Shown here: positions 18,440-27,564 of the stretch, piece after piece
Layout: each line of letters opens with the position of its first letter
How positions within the stretch are numbered: position 1 is the first letter of the stretch
Assembly: GCA_964507195.1 (NCBI GenBank)
Contig: CAZDPA010000001.1
Location: 19,648 to 83,647, forward strand
DNA: 64,000 bases
Direction of reading: 5' to 3'
Origin: an uncultured Salinisphaerales bacterium
GTDB taxonomy: Bacteria; Pseudomonadota; Gammaproteobacteria; Nevskiales; Nevskiaceae
Position numbers and translations under genes: made by a program
The notes under the pieces: generated by a model
Seen by the model: the letters and a program-made list of their open reading frames with translations, nothing else
What the model was told of the DNA's origin: nothing
Databases searched by the model: none

Positions 18440-19360
18440 ATGAGTTTCGCCAATCGCGACGGATACATCTGGTACGACGGGGAGCTGGTGCCTTGGCGTG
18501 AGGCGACGACTCACGTCCTAACTAGCACCCTGCACTATGGCGCCGGGGTATTTGAAGGGATCCGCGCATATGCCACGCCAAAGGGTACTGCTGCCTTCCG
18601 GCTCGAAGATCATACGAAGCGGTTGTTCAATTCTGCCAAGATCCTGGGTCTGGATATTCCGTATAGCCAGCAGCAGATCAATGCTGCTTGCCTCGATGTA
18701 TTGCGCCGGAACAATCTGACTGAAGCCTACATTCGGCCGATGGCATTCCTCGGTCCAGAAAGCGTCGGTTTGCGCGCGGCGGATCTAAAGGTGCATGTCA
18801 TGGTCGCTGCCTGGACCTGGGGCGCGTACTTGGGTGCAGAGAATGCCGAGCGCGGCATTCGCGTGAAGACCAGTTCCTTCTCGAGACATCACGTCAATGC
18901 GGCAATGTGCCGAGCCAAAGCGAACGCCAATTACTTGAACTCGATGCTGGCACTTAACGAAGCCTTGAAAGATGGTTACGAAGAGGCCGTCATGCTGGAC
19001 TCTCAGGGATATATAGCCGAGGGCTCTGCTGAGAACATCTTTCTAGTGCAGGACGGCGTTCTGCATACTCCAGACATCACGTCCGCGTTGGATGGCATCA
19101 CCCGCCGCTCTGTTATGCGGCTGGCGCATGATGCCGGTATCAAGGTAGTCGAGCGCCGACTGACCCGTGATGAGCTGTACATTTCCGACGAAGCCTTCTT
19201 CACCGGGACTGCAGCCGAAGTTGTCCCGATTCGTGAAGCTGACAATCGAGTCATAGGAGCCGGAAATCGTGGGCCTGTCACTGCATTGCTGCAGAAGGGG
19301 TACTCCGATTTGGTGAAGGGGCATAGCAGTGCATACAGCCACTGGCTAACAGTGCTTTAA
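18440..19360 (+). CDS. ilvE: Branched-chain amino acid aminotransferase (short, class IV type)
   Basis: 306 aa; YIWYDGELVPWREATTHVLTSTLHYGAGVFEGIRAY and the EGSAENIF motif are typical of the E. coli-type IlvE family. Confidence 0.9.
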   Translation: MSFANRDGYIWYDGELVPWREATTHVLTSTLHYGAGVFEGIRAYATPKGTAAFRLEDHTKRLFNSAKILGLDIPYSQQQINAACLDVLRRNNLTEAYIRPMAFLGPESVGLRAADLKVHVMVAAWTWGAYLGAENAERGIRVKTSSFSRHHVNAAMCRAKANANYLNSMLALNEALKDGYEEAVMLDSQGYIAEGSAENIFLVQDGVLHTPDITSALDGITRRSVMRLAHDAGIKVVERRLTRDELYISDEAFFTGTAAEVVPIREADNRVIGAGNRGPVTALLQKGYSDLVKGHSSAYSHWLTVL

Positions 19361-19382
19361 GTCTGTGGCAGAGCAGGCTTCT

Positions 19383-20006
19383 ATGAAACTCTGGCACTGT
19401 CAGGATTCACGCTCCATTCGCCCGCTTTGGACTCTGGAGGAACTGGATATTCCCTATGAGCTGGAGCTGATGCCGTTCCCGCCGCGGTCACTGCACAAGG
19501 GATTCTTGGACGTGAACATACTAGGAACGGTGCCGTACTTTACGGATGGCCAGGTCCGCATGACGGAGTCATCAGGGATCTGCCTCTATCTGGTCGAAAA
19601 GTACGGTCGGCGCGATCTGGGCCTAGACCCAAGTCATCCTGAGTATGGCGACTATCTGAACTGGCTTTTCCACAGCGACGCGACGCTTACATTCCCGCAG
19701 ACCATCTACCTTCGTTACACGCGCCTCGAGCCTGAGGAAAGGCGCTTGCCGCAAGCGGCGCAAGACTATCGAAAGTGGTACTTGGCCCGCCTGCGCCTTC
19801 TCAATGCACATATATCGGAGCGAGAGTACCTATGCGCCGATCGGTTCACGATTGCAGACATCGCCATTGGCTTTGCACTCTATCTCGGCGAACTCCTCAA
19901 GATCAGCGGGGACTATCCGACAGCTGTACAGACCTACCTTGCCCGCCTGAAGCAGCGACCGTCTTTCCAGCGGTGCATAGCTCTTGGCGGTGAGTCAGTG
20001 TTCTAA
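19383..20006 (+). CDS. Glutathione S-transferase family protein
   Basis: MKLWHCQDSRSIRPLWTLEELDIPYEL gives a thioredoxin-like N-domain, followed by a helical C-domain. The ATG at 19383 is preferred over the GTG at 19365. Confidence 0.8.
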   Translation: MKLWHCQDSRSIRPLWTLEELDIPYELELMPFPPRSLHKGFLDVNILGTVPYFTDGQVRMTESSGICLYLVEKYGRRDLGLDPSHPEYGDYLNWLFHSDATLTFPQTIYLRYTRLEPEERRLPQAAQDYRKWYLARLRLLNAHISEREYLCADRFTIADIAIGFALYLGELLKISGDYPTAVQTYLARLKQRPSFQRCIALGGESVF

Positions 20007-20082
20007 GGATGACGATCGTTCGGTTAGCAGGCGGCGGCGAGCCAGTAACGGCGCGTTTCTAGGGGCAGCGGACGATCAAGTG

Positions 20083-20856
20083 CTAGCCCTTTGTCACCCA
20101 AGGTGCCGGGGTGCGATTGCGAAACGCGCTGATACCTGCCGCAGCCTCCTCCGAGCGGAACAGGCTCATCGACAGTTTTGTCGTCCACCCGAAAGCCTCA
20201 TCGCGCGGAAGATGTGGTACTCGCACGACGAGCTGCTTGGTGGCTGCCAATGCTTTCGGCCCACCTAACATCAGCTTGCCAACGATCTCGGAAACCCTAT
20301 CGTCCAAATTGTTCCGCTCAACGGCGTAGTTCAATAAGCCGACATCCGCGGCACGCAGCGCGGAAATGCGCTCGCCGGACAGGAACAGCTCCATCGCATC
20401 GCCGTAGCGCATCTTCGGCAGGCAAACCACCGAGATTACCGCCGGCGCAACACCGAGTCGTACCTCGGTAAAGGCCAGATTCACGTCGTCTGTCGCCACC
20501 GACAAATCGCAGGCCGCGGCCAGTCCGACTCCGCCTCCCATGCAATGCCCAGCTATACGCGCTACCACAGGCTTCGGCGACTGCTGGATCAGATCAAGAA
20601 TGTCGACAAGCGCGAACCGAGGATCGCTCGTGCGATTCTCCTTCAGGTCTGCGCCTGCGCAGAAGGTGTTTCCAACATGCGTCAACACAATTACGCGCAC
20701 TGCGTCATCAGCGATGGCCATGCTCAGATGACCACCGAGTGAGTCAAGCAACTCGGCGCTCAGTGCATTCTTGTTGTCTGGGCGATTCAGCGTGATTGTG
20801 GCCGCACCTCGTACAGCGCAGTACAAGGTGGCAGCAGTTGATGCATCAATAGTCAT
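20083..20856 (-). CDS. Enoyl-CoA hydratase/isomerase (crotonase) family protein
   Basis: ITLNRPDNKNAL, FCAGADLKE and GHCMGGGVGLAAACDL crotonase motifs. The second ATG (20856) has a GGAAGA purine tract upstream. Last gene of the reverse-strand operon. Confidence 0.88.
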   Translation of the reverse strand: MTIDASTAATLYCAVRGAATITLNRPDNKNALSAELLDSLGGHLSMAIADDAVRVIVLTHVGNTFCAGADLKENRTSDPRFALVDILDLIQQSPKPVVARIAGHCMGGGVGLAAACDLSVATDDVNLAFTEVRLGVAPAVISVVCLPKMRYGDAMELFLSGERISALRAADVGLLNYAVERNNLDDRVSEIVGKLMLGGPKALAATKQLVVRVPHLPRDEAFGWTTKLSMSLFRSEEAAAGISAFRNRTPAPWVTKG

Positions 20857-20987
20857 TCGTCTGTCTTCCATTGAAGGTAATTCAGCAGTGGATTTCGAAT
20901 GTCACTGCCTTTTTATCGATTGGGAGCGGTCTTAACAGATAGCAATGTAGCGAGGACCCGTCGCCTGGATCGGCAAATTTATGTTTG

Positions 20988-23900
20988 TCAGATCCTGCTA
21001 CCGGACCGCGCCACGACGACCTGAGGATCATTAAAGAGGCTTTCCAGCTCCGAGAGCTTGGTCTTGAGCTTGGATCGGTACGCTTGAGTGGCAGCGGCCT
21101 TCACGTGTCCGTAGCCCCGGATATCCATTGGCAAGGAAGCGATTTCTATCGCCAGTGGCAGGGAGCGTTCGGACAATGTGTCGCTGAGTTGAACCAATAG
21201 AGATTCAAACTCACCAACTAGAGAACGCTCTTCCCGGCGCTCGGCCGAGAATCCGAAAACGTCAAAGGCGGATCCACGCAGAATCTTCAACCGCGCAAGG
21301 ATTGAAAAAACCCGCATCATCCAGGAGCCGAAGCGGCGCTTTCGAAGATGTCCAGTTAGCTTGTCCCGCTTAGAAAATATCGGTGGCGCCATATGAAATG
21401 AAAGCTGAACGTCACCTTCGAACTGGGCGGCGATTTCCCGTGCGAATGATCCGTCCGTGTAAAGGCGCGCCACTTCGTACTCGTCCTTGTACGCCATCAG
21501 CTTGAAAAGGCTTCTCACGGCCGATTCAGTCAATGATGTCGCATCAGAGATGCGCGACTCCGCCGTGCGAACTGACGCGATGGCGGCCCGATAGCGCTCT
21601 GCATACTGCTGATTCTGGTATTCAGCCAAAAACCCGGCACGTCGTTCCACGAGTGAATCGACACTGTCCTGAGGAGGTTCGACGAGGTTTGCAGCCAGGT
21701 AGACCGATTGCGGGTCCACCACGAGGCGACGGCCCCATTCAAAGGCTGCCTTGTTCTGAGCGACGGCCGCACCGTTGAGATCGATGGCTGCCATGAATGC
21801 CGGCAGATCCATCGGGAGCCAGCCTTTCTGAAAAGCAGCTCCTATCATCATCAGATTCGAGCCGATCGCATCTCCGAGCAGGCGCTCCGCGAGTCGAGTG
21901 AACGGCAGCGCCAATATGCGACCCTCACCGGCCCGCTGTGTCAGCCGACGCGTGAGCAGGCTTGAATCGGGGATGGCGTCTCGGTTTCGAATGAACTCAC
22001 CGGTGATGGATACGTCAGCGTTTGCGACAACCCCTGTACGGCCGGGCTCGATCGCGGCAATGACATCACGCCCATTTCCGACGATCTGGTCGCAGACCAG
22101 AACAAGATCGGCCTGTCCTACGGGGATACGCAGAGCATTGATAGCCACTTTCGCGATATGGATGTGGCTTGTTACAGCCCCCCCCTTTTGAGCCAGGCCG
22201 GTCTGGTCAAGAACGCCTGTCTTGAGCCCCCGCATATGGCCTGACATCGTAAGAAGGGCCCCGATGGTCACGACGCCGGTGCCGCCAACGCCGGCGACGA
22301 GGACGCGCTGGTGATCAGGTTGGACCGCAGCGGGTGGCTTTGGAACCGTTCCCAAGAGTCTGGGGTCACCTGCGCCCTTCGCTTTGCGAGGCTTTCCCCC
22401 TTCAACTGTGACGAAGCTGGGGCAGAAACCGTTGAGGCAGCTGTAGTCCTTGTTGCAGCTGGACTGGTTGATCTTGCGCTTCGCACCAAACTCGGTCTGT
22501 ATCGGTTCGACGGACAGGCAGTTCGATTTGGTCGAGCAGTCTCCGCAACCCTCGCAAACCAGTTCGTTGATGAATACCCTTCTTGCCGGATCAGGGAGCT
22601 TGTCTCGTTTGCGCAAGCGACGCCTTTCTGCTGCACACACCTGGTCGTAGACGATGACCGTCACGCCAGGTACGGCGCGCAGTTCAATCTGTAGCGCCTC
22701 TAGGTCATCGCGGTGTTCAACGCGATCCGCTTTAGCGCGAACTGGATCCCCAGGGCCGTATCGGGTGGGATCATCGGCGCACACAACAATGGTGCCGACC
22801 CCTTCGGCGCGCAGCTGCTCCACGACTCGGAGTACGGAGAGTTCTCCGTCGACGGATTGTCCACCGGTCATTGCAACCGCGTCGTTGTACAAAATCTTGT
22901 ACGTCACATTGAGCTTGGCAGCGAGTGCTTGCCGAACAGCGAGAAGGCCTGAGTGGAAGTAGGTGCCGTCCCCAAGATTCACAAAGCGGTGAGCCTCGTC
23001 TGTGAACGGAGAGAGCCCCATCCAGTGAATGCCTTCACCGCCCATTTGCGTAAACACCTCGGTGCGCGGACGCACGTACGCGGCGAGCCCGTGGCAACCA
23101 ATGCCTGCCGTCGCCACACTTCCTTCCGGAACCGCAGTTGATCGGTTGTGCGGGCACCCAGAGCAGAAATAGGCGGTGCGAGACGCAGGCGCCAATGCGT
23201 ATTCCTGCTGTTCCACCAGCATCTGGTTCGCGCGAGCCAATGCGCCGTCCAGGAAGGGGTCAGCCGTCACCGAAGCAAGAATGCGGCCTAGCTGGACAGC
23301 TATCAGCTCAGGTGTAAGGTCGGCGGTTGAGCGAAACAGAATGCTCCCATCGTCGGACGCCTTGCCCCAAACCCGAGGCGCGCCCTTGCGGCCGTACAGG
23401 ATGTTTTTAATCTGTGATTCGACGAGTGGGGTTTTTTCTTCGACGACGATGACGCTATCGAGGCCCATCGCGAACTCGATGAGGCCATCAGGCTCCAGTG
23501 GCCAGATCACAGCAGGCTTGTAGAGCGCAATGCCTAGGTTGGTGAGCTGCTCTTCGTGTCCGATACCCAAAAGGTGGAGAGCCTCACGGAGATCCAACCA
23601 GGATTTTCCGGAGGCGACGATGCCGATTCGGCTGCTCGTTGTCTTCCCTGACGACAGGTCGAGTCGATTAGCCCGGATATATGCCTGAATCGCGGGGAAG
23701 CGGTACAGCTGCTGGCGCACTTCTTGATCCAGTGGTGACTCTGGCCAGCGGATATTCAGACCCATCGCTGGCGTCGTTACTTCGGGGAGTACGATTTTTA
23801 CGCCGCATTCCTCAGCCGTCACCGAGCGAGTCGCATCAGCGACTTCGTTGATCATCTTCAACGCTGCCCACGACCCGGAGAGGCGCGACATGGCGAACGC

Positions 23901-24536
23901 ATGCAAGCCGTAGCGGATGATCTCGCTGGCGTCAGCCGGATAGAAGATGGGGATCTGCAGGCCGACAAGTGCTTCATCAGTGAAGCAGACGACGCTGGAT
24001 GACTTCGCGACGTGATCGTCTCCGACGGCGAGGACGACACCACCATGAGGTGATGCGCCTTGCACGTTGCCGTGACGAATTGCATCGGACGCCCGGTCCA
24101 AGCCGGGTCCCTTGCCGTACCAAAGCGAAAAGATCCCGTCGACCCGAGCGCCCGGTGATCGTGCGATTTGCTGAGTGCCTGCGACGGCTGTAGCGCCGAG
24201 CTCTTCGTTGACCGCCGGCTTTACTACGATGCCCAGATCGTCAGCGTACGACTTGGCACTGGCGAATGTTGAGTCGAGCGCACCCAGCGGTGACCCCCGG
24301 TAGCCACTGACGAAGCCACCGGTCTTGAGGCCAGCCGCTTTATCGCGCTCAGCCTGGATGAGCATGAGCCGCACCAACGCCTGTACGCCCGAGATCAGTA
24401 TCTGGCCCTGGCGTTTGGAGTATCGATCGGTAAGCGTGACGGCTGACCTGGCTGGACCGCCCACGTCGCTGCTTCCGGAAACGGGATTAGCGAGTGATAC
24501 CCCGCCTGCGCCGTCGATGCCTTGCTGCGTCTCCAT
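20988..24536 (-). CDS. Indolepyruvate ferredoxin oxidoreductase family protein (fused alpha/beta 2-oxoacid:ferredoxin oxidoreductase)
   Basis: 1182 aa. It has a thiamine-diphosphate-type segment (GDGTYFHSG), a ferredoxin-like cysteine cluster (CEGCGDCSTKSNC) and a C-terminal gamma-type domain. Length and layout match the proteobacterial Ior-family fusion. Confidence 0.88.
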   Translation of the reverse strand: METQQGIDGAGGVSLANPVSGSSDVGGPARSAVTLTDRYSKRQGQILISGVQALVRLMLIQAERDKAAGLKTGGFVSGYRGSPLGALDSTFASAKSYADDLGIVVKPAVNEELGATAVAGTQQIARSPGARVDGIFSLWYGKGPGLDRASDAIRHGNVQGASPHGGVVLAVGDDHVAKSSSVVCFTDEALVGLQIPIFYPADASEIIRYGLHAFAMSRLSGSWAALKMINEVADATRSVTAEECGVKIVLPEVTTPAMGLNIRWPESPLDQEVRQQLYRFPAIQAYIRANRLDLSSGKTTSSRIGIVASGKSWLDLREALHLLGIGHEEQLTNLGIALYKPAVIWPLEPDGLIEFAMGLDSVIVVEEKTPLVESQIKNILYGRKGAPRVWGKASDDGSILFRSTADLTPELIAVQLGRILASVTADPFLDGALARANQMLVEQQEYALAPASRTAYFCSGCPHNRSTAVPEGSVATAGIGCHGLAAYVRPRTEVFTQMGGEGIHWMGLSPFTDEAHRFVNLGDGTYFHSGLLAVRQALAAKLNVTYKILYNDAVAMTGGQSVDGELSVLRVVEQLRAEGVGTIVVCADDPTRYGPGDPVRAKADRVEHRDDLEALQIELRAVPGVTVIVYDQVCAAERRRLRKRDKLPDPARRVFINELVCEGCGDCSTKSNCLSVEPIQTEFGAKRKINQSSCNKDYSCLNGFCPSFVTVEGGKPRKAKGAGDPRLLGTVPKPPAAVQPDHQRVLVAGVGGTGVVTIGALLTMSGHMRGLKTGVLDQTGLAQKGGAVTSHIHIAKVAINALRIPVGQADLVLVCDQIVGNGRDVIAAIEPGRTGVVANADVSITGEFIRNRDAIPDSSLLTRRLTQRAGEGRILALPFTRLAERLLGDAIGSNLMMIGAAFQKGWLPMDLPAFMAAIDLNGAAVAQNKAAFEWGRRLVVDPQSVYLAANLVEPPQDSVDSLVERRAGFLAEYQNQQYAERYRAAIASVRTAESRISDATSLTESAVRSLFKLMAYKDEYEVARLYTDGSFAREIAAQFEGDVQLSFHMAPPIFSKRDKLTGHLRKRRFGSWMMRVFSILARLKILRGSAFDVFGFSAERREERSLVGEFESLLVQLSDTLSERSLPLAIEIASLPMDIRGYGHVKAAATQAYRSKLKTKLSELESLFNDPQVVVARSGSRI

Positions 24537-24548
24537 GATCGGTCGCGT

Positions 24549-25697
24549 CTAGAAGCCGTACTGGCGCGCGGCGAGGTCCAACATGATCTCAGCGGAGCCG
24601 CCGCCGATAGCCTGGACCTTGGTTTCCCTGTAGAGGCGCTCCACCGGGTTATCGCGCATGAAGCCATGTCCACCCAGGATCTGCATCGCTTCGTTGGCGC
24701 AGAACTCAAAGGTTTCGGATCCTTTCACCTTCATCAGCGCCGTTTCAGCAACCGGGTGGTACTCCCCCTTGGCGGCAACCGCAGATACGGTGTAGATCAT
24801 TGTCTCCAGACTGGTGATTTCCAACATCATGCGAGACAGCTTGTGTCGGATCACCTGATGGTCGGCGAGGCGCTTGCCGAACGTTGTTCGATGCTGGGCG
24901 TAGTTCCGTGCGTATTCGTAGCAAATCTTGCTGTATCCGAGGCAACTGGCCGCCAGGAGAGTTCGCTCCCCGTTGAAGTTGCGCATGATGTATGGAAAGC
25001 CCTTGTTCTCTGGGCCGATCCGGTTAGCCACCGGGACGCGGCAGTTCTCGAAGTAAAGCGTGGCCGTATCGGAGCACCACCAGCCCATCTTCTTCAGTGA
25101 CGTACGTGAGAACCCTTCGGTGTCGGTCGGGATGACCAGAAGCGAGATGCCGCCCATACCTTCGCCACCCGTGCGCACCGCAGTCGTGATGTAGTCGGCG
25201 CGCATGCCGCTGGTGATGAAGGTCTTGCTGCCGTTGACGATGTAGTGGTCGCCGTCCCGCACGGCTCGAGTCTTGAGCTGGGCAACATCGGATCCACCAC
25301 TTGGCTCTGTGATCGCCAAGGCAATGACCTTCTCCGCTTTCAGTACGGCAGGGGCGATCTGCGCCTTGATCTCTTCGTTGCCACCGGCCAACACGGGGTG
25401 CAACGCGATGCCGTGGGTGAGGATGCCGGCCGGAATTCCGCCGGCCCCGCATCGAGCAAGTTCCTCATTGAAGATGAGTCCGAAGAAGGGATCCGCGGGC
25501 TCAATGCCACCATATTGTTCCGGAAACCCGAGCTGAAACAGGCCAGCATCTACGAGCTTCTTGGGGAGCTCATGCGGGAACTCTGCCGCTTCCTCCCATT
25601 TAGCCACGTAGGGGGTGATCTCCTTTTCGACAAAGCTGCGCACTTGATCGCGAAACGTGTTGTGCTCGTGGGTCAGTCCTGGCCACTGAAAGTTCAT
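24549..25697 (-). CDS. Acyl-CoA dehydrogenase (isovaleryl-CoA dehydrogenase-like by context)
   Basis: The true start is the ATG at 25697 (MNFQWPGLTHEHNTFRDQVRSFV...). The ORF-track N-terminal extension overlaps the upstream gene. ALAITEPSGGSDVAQLKT and ILGGHGFMRDNPVERLYRETKVQAIGGGSAEIM are ACAD motifs. Confidence 0.9.
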   Translation of the reverse strand: MNFQWPGLTHEHNTFRDQVRSFVEKEITPYVAKWEEAAEFPHELPKKLVDAGLFQLGFPEQYGGIEPADPFFGLIFNEELARCGAGGIPAGILTHGIALHPVLAGGNEEIKAQIAPAVLKAEKVIALAITEPSGGSDVAQLKTRAVRDGDHYIVNGSKTFITSGMRADYITTAVRTGGEGMGGISLLVIPTDTEGFSRTSLKKMGWWCSDTATLYFENCRVPVANRIGPENKGFPYIMRNFNGERTLLAASCLGYSKICYEYARNYAQHRTTFGKRLADHQVIRHKLSRMMLEITSLETMIYTVSAVAAKGEYHPVAETALMKVKGSETFEFCANEAMQILGGHGFMRDNPVERLYRETKVQAIGGGSAEIMLDLAARQYGF

Positions 25698-25755
25698 TGA
25701 ATGCTCGCTCGATAAGGTCGGATGGGGTATGGCGGTCAAAATGGGCGCGTACGGA

Positions 25756-27564
25756 TTACACGCGCCACATTCGTTGCAGTGTTCCTGAGTCCAGCAGTTC
25801 GACCGGGAGGTCGACCTTGATCGCCCGGAGATACTCACCAAGGCTCTTCGCCTGAGCATCCATTCGGGTCGATGCGGCAACGCCCTCGCCGAGAAGGCCT
25901 TTGAGCACAAAGTTGATCGACCTGAGGTTGGGCAACAAGTGCCTCTGGACGTCGTACTCGCGAGCTTCCGGGATCAGCGAGCGGAGTTTCTCAACCGTCA
26001 GGTTGTGCTCGAGCCACGCATACGCTGCATCGGAGCGCGCCCAGATCCCAAGATTCGCATTGCCACCTTTATCTCCCGAGCGTGCTCCATAGACCCGGCC
26101 CAGTGCCTCCCTGCGCGTCTTTCCCGTGGGGCTGGGCGGCATTACTGGATGAACCGGTGCGATTGCCGCTGCGCCTGCATCTGCATCTGCATCTGCTGGT
26201 GTGTACGTGATCTCGGTGGATACCCCATTGAGGTGAACTTGCTGCGTCACCAATTCGACGGGAATCAAGGTTGGCCAGCAGACCCCATACGACTGTGTTG
26301 TGGTGGACAGGTTGTACAGACCGGGGTAACTGCATAGAGCAATTTCGGTGTTCTTCCTAAAGAACTCGCCGCCGGCTAAATTCGCATCGGCATCCTTGAC
26401 CACAATGCGCAAGGTGCTTGTGTGCTCTTCATTGTTAACCGGGTCGGTCGTATTGCCGCGTATCAATTCGGTTTTGACCTCGGAAAAGCTGTCTTTGCCT
26501 TTCGGGAACAGACGCCACAGACCCTTGAGGTACAGCTCCGCCTTCTCCTCGATGTCCAAGCCAGTGATTGCCATGCTGGTGACGGTGCGAGTGCCGCCGA
26601 CATAGTTCATTGAGACCTTCAGGGTCTTTGGTGGTGGCTCACCACGGATGCCCGAGAGTTGCACGCGATTTGGGGCAATCTGCTTGATCTTGATGGTGTC
26701 GAACCGAGCAACAGCGTCCGGATTCAGGTATGCCGGAGGGCCGATCTCATAGAGCAACTGGGCTGTGACCGTCCCGACGGACACCAGGCCGCCGTGGCCC
26801 TCGTGCTTAGTGATGACGCTGGAGCCATCTGATGCGATCTCGGCGAGCGGGTATCCGGGATATTCAAGACCCGGGACTTCCTGGAAGAAGCTGTAGTTGC
26901 CACCCGTAGCCTGAGCACCGCACTCGATGACGTGGCCAGCGACGATTGCGCCGGCAATCTGGTCATAATCCTCGCGGGCCCATCCATGCCACCACGCTGC
27001 CGGACCGGCGACGATTGCGGCGTCGGTTGTCCGTCCTGTGATCACGATGTCAGCGCCGCGGTTCAGGGCATCAACAATGCCCCAGCCGCCGATATACGCA
27101 TTGGCGGTGATCGCCTGGCGAGCCCCCAGTGCTTCGCCGGTATCAATGTTCCTGAAGTCATGGCCGGCCGCTCTCAACTCGTCCAGGCGTGGCATCAGGT
27201 TATCGCCGTCTATCCAGGCGATGTTGACCTTGATACCCAGCCTGTCTGCAACTTTCTGAACCGCTTCGGCACAACCCCGAGGATTGAGGCCCCCGGCGTT
27301 GGCAACGACCTTGATCCCTCTTTCCAAGCAGGTCTGCATGACCTGATCCATCTGCTTCACGAAGGTCTTCGCATAACCACCGTCAAGGTCCTTGTTTCTG
27401 TCCTTTGCCAGAATCAGCATCGTAAGTTCGGCGAGCCAGTCTCCCGTCAATACGTCGATTTGGCCGCCATCCACCATCTCTCGCGCCGCCACGAGGCGAT
27501 CGCCGTAGTAGCCGGAACAGTTGGCGATTCGAACGGGTCTTTTCATCTCAATTGGTTCTTTCAT
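25756..27564 (-). CDS. AtuA-like (acyclic terpene utilisation, DUF1446) family protein
   Basis: VRIANCSGYYGDRLVAAREMVDGGQIDVLTGDWLAELTM is the DUF1446 signature. The ATG at 27564 overlaps the upstream stop codon (ATGA at 27561-27564). Confidence 0.8.
   Translation of the reverse strand: MKEPIEMKRPVRIANCSGYYGDRLVAAREMVDGGQIDVLTGDWLAELTMLILAKDRNKDLDGGYAKTFVKQMDQVMQTCLERGIKVVANAGGLNPRGCAEAVQKVADRLGIKVNIAWIDGDNLMPRLDELRAAGHDFRNIDTGEALGARQAITANAYIGGWGIVDALNRGADIVITGRTTDAAIVAGPAAWWHGWAREDYDQIAGAIVAGHVIECGAQATGGNYSFFQEVPGLEYPGYPLAEIASDGSSVITKHEGHGGLVSVGTVTAQLLYEIGPPAYLNPDAVARFDTIKIKQIAPNRVQLSGIRGEPPPKTLKVSMNYVGGTRTVTSMAITGLDIEEKAELYLKGLWRLFPKGKDSFSEVKTELIRGNTTDPVNNEEHTSTLRIVVKDADANLAGGEFFRKNTEIALCSYPGLYNLSTTTQSYGVCWPTLIPVELVTQQVHLNGVSTEITYTPADADADAGAAAIAPVHPVMPPSPTGKTRREALGRVYGARSGDKGGNANLGIWARSDAAYAWLEHNLTVEKLRSLIPEAREYDVQRHLLPNLRSINFVLKGLLGEGVAASTRMDAQAKSLGEYLRAIKVDLPVELLDSGTLQRMWRV
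26176..26196. repeat. In-frame hexanucleotide tandem repeat (TGCATC)x3 plus TGC
   Basis: tgcatctgcatctgcatctgc is read directly from the sequence. It encodes the ADADADAG linker of the AtuA-like protein on the reverse strand. Confidence 0.9.

Noticed and set aside
24549-25910. N-terminal 71-residue extension of the acyl-CoA dehydrogenase ORF
   Set aside because: The extension overlaps the 3' end of the AtuA-like gene and is Arg/Ser/Cys-rich. The canonical ACAD N-terminus begins at the internal ATG at 25697.
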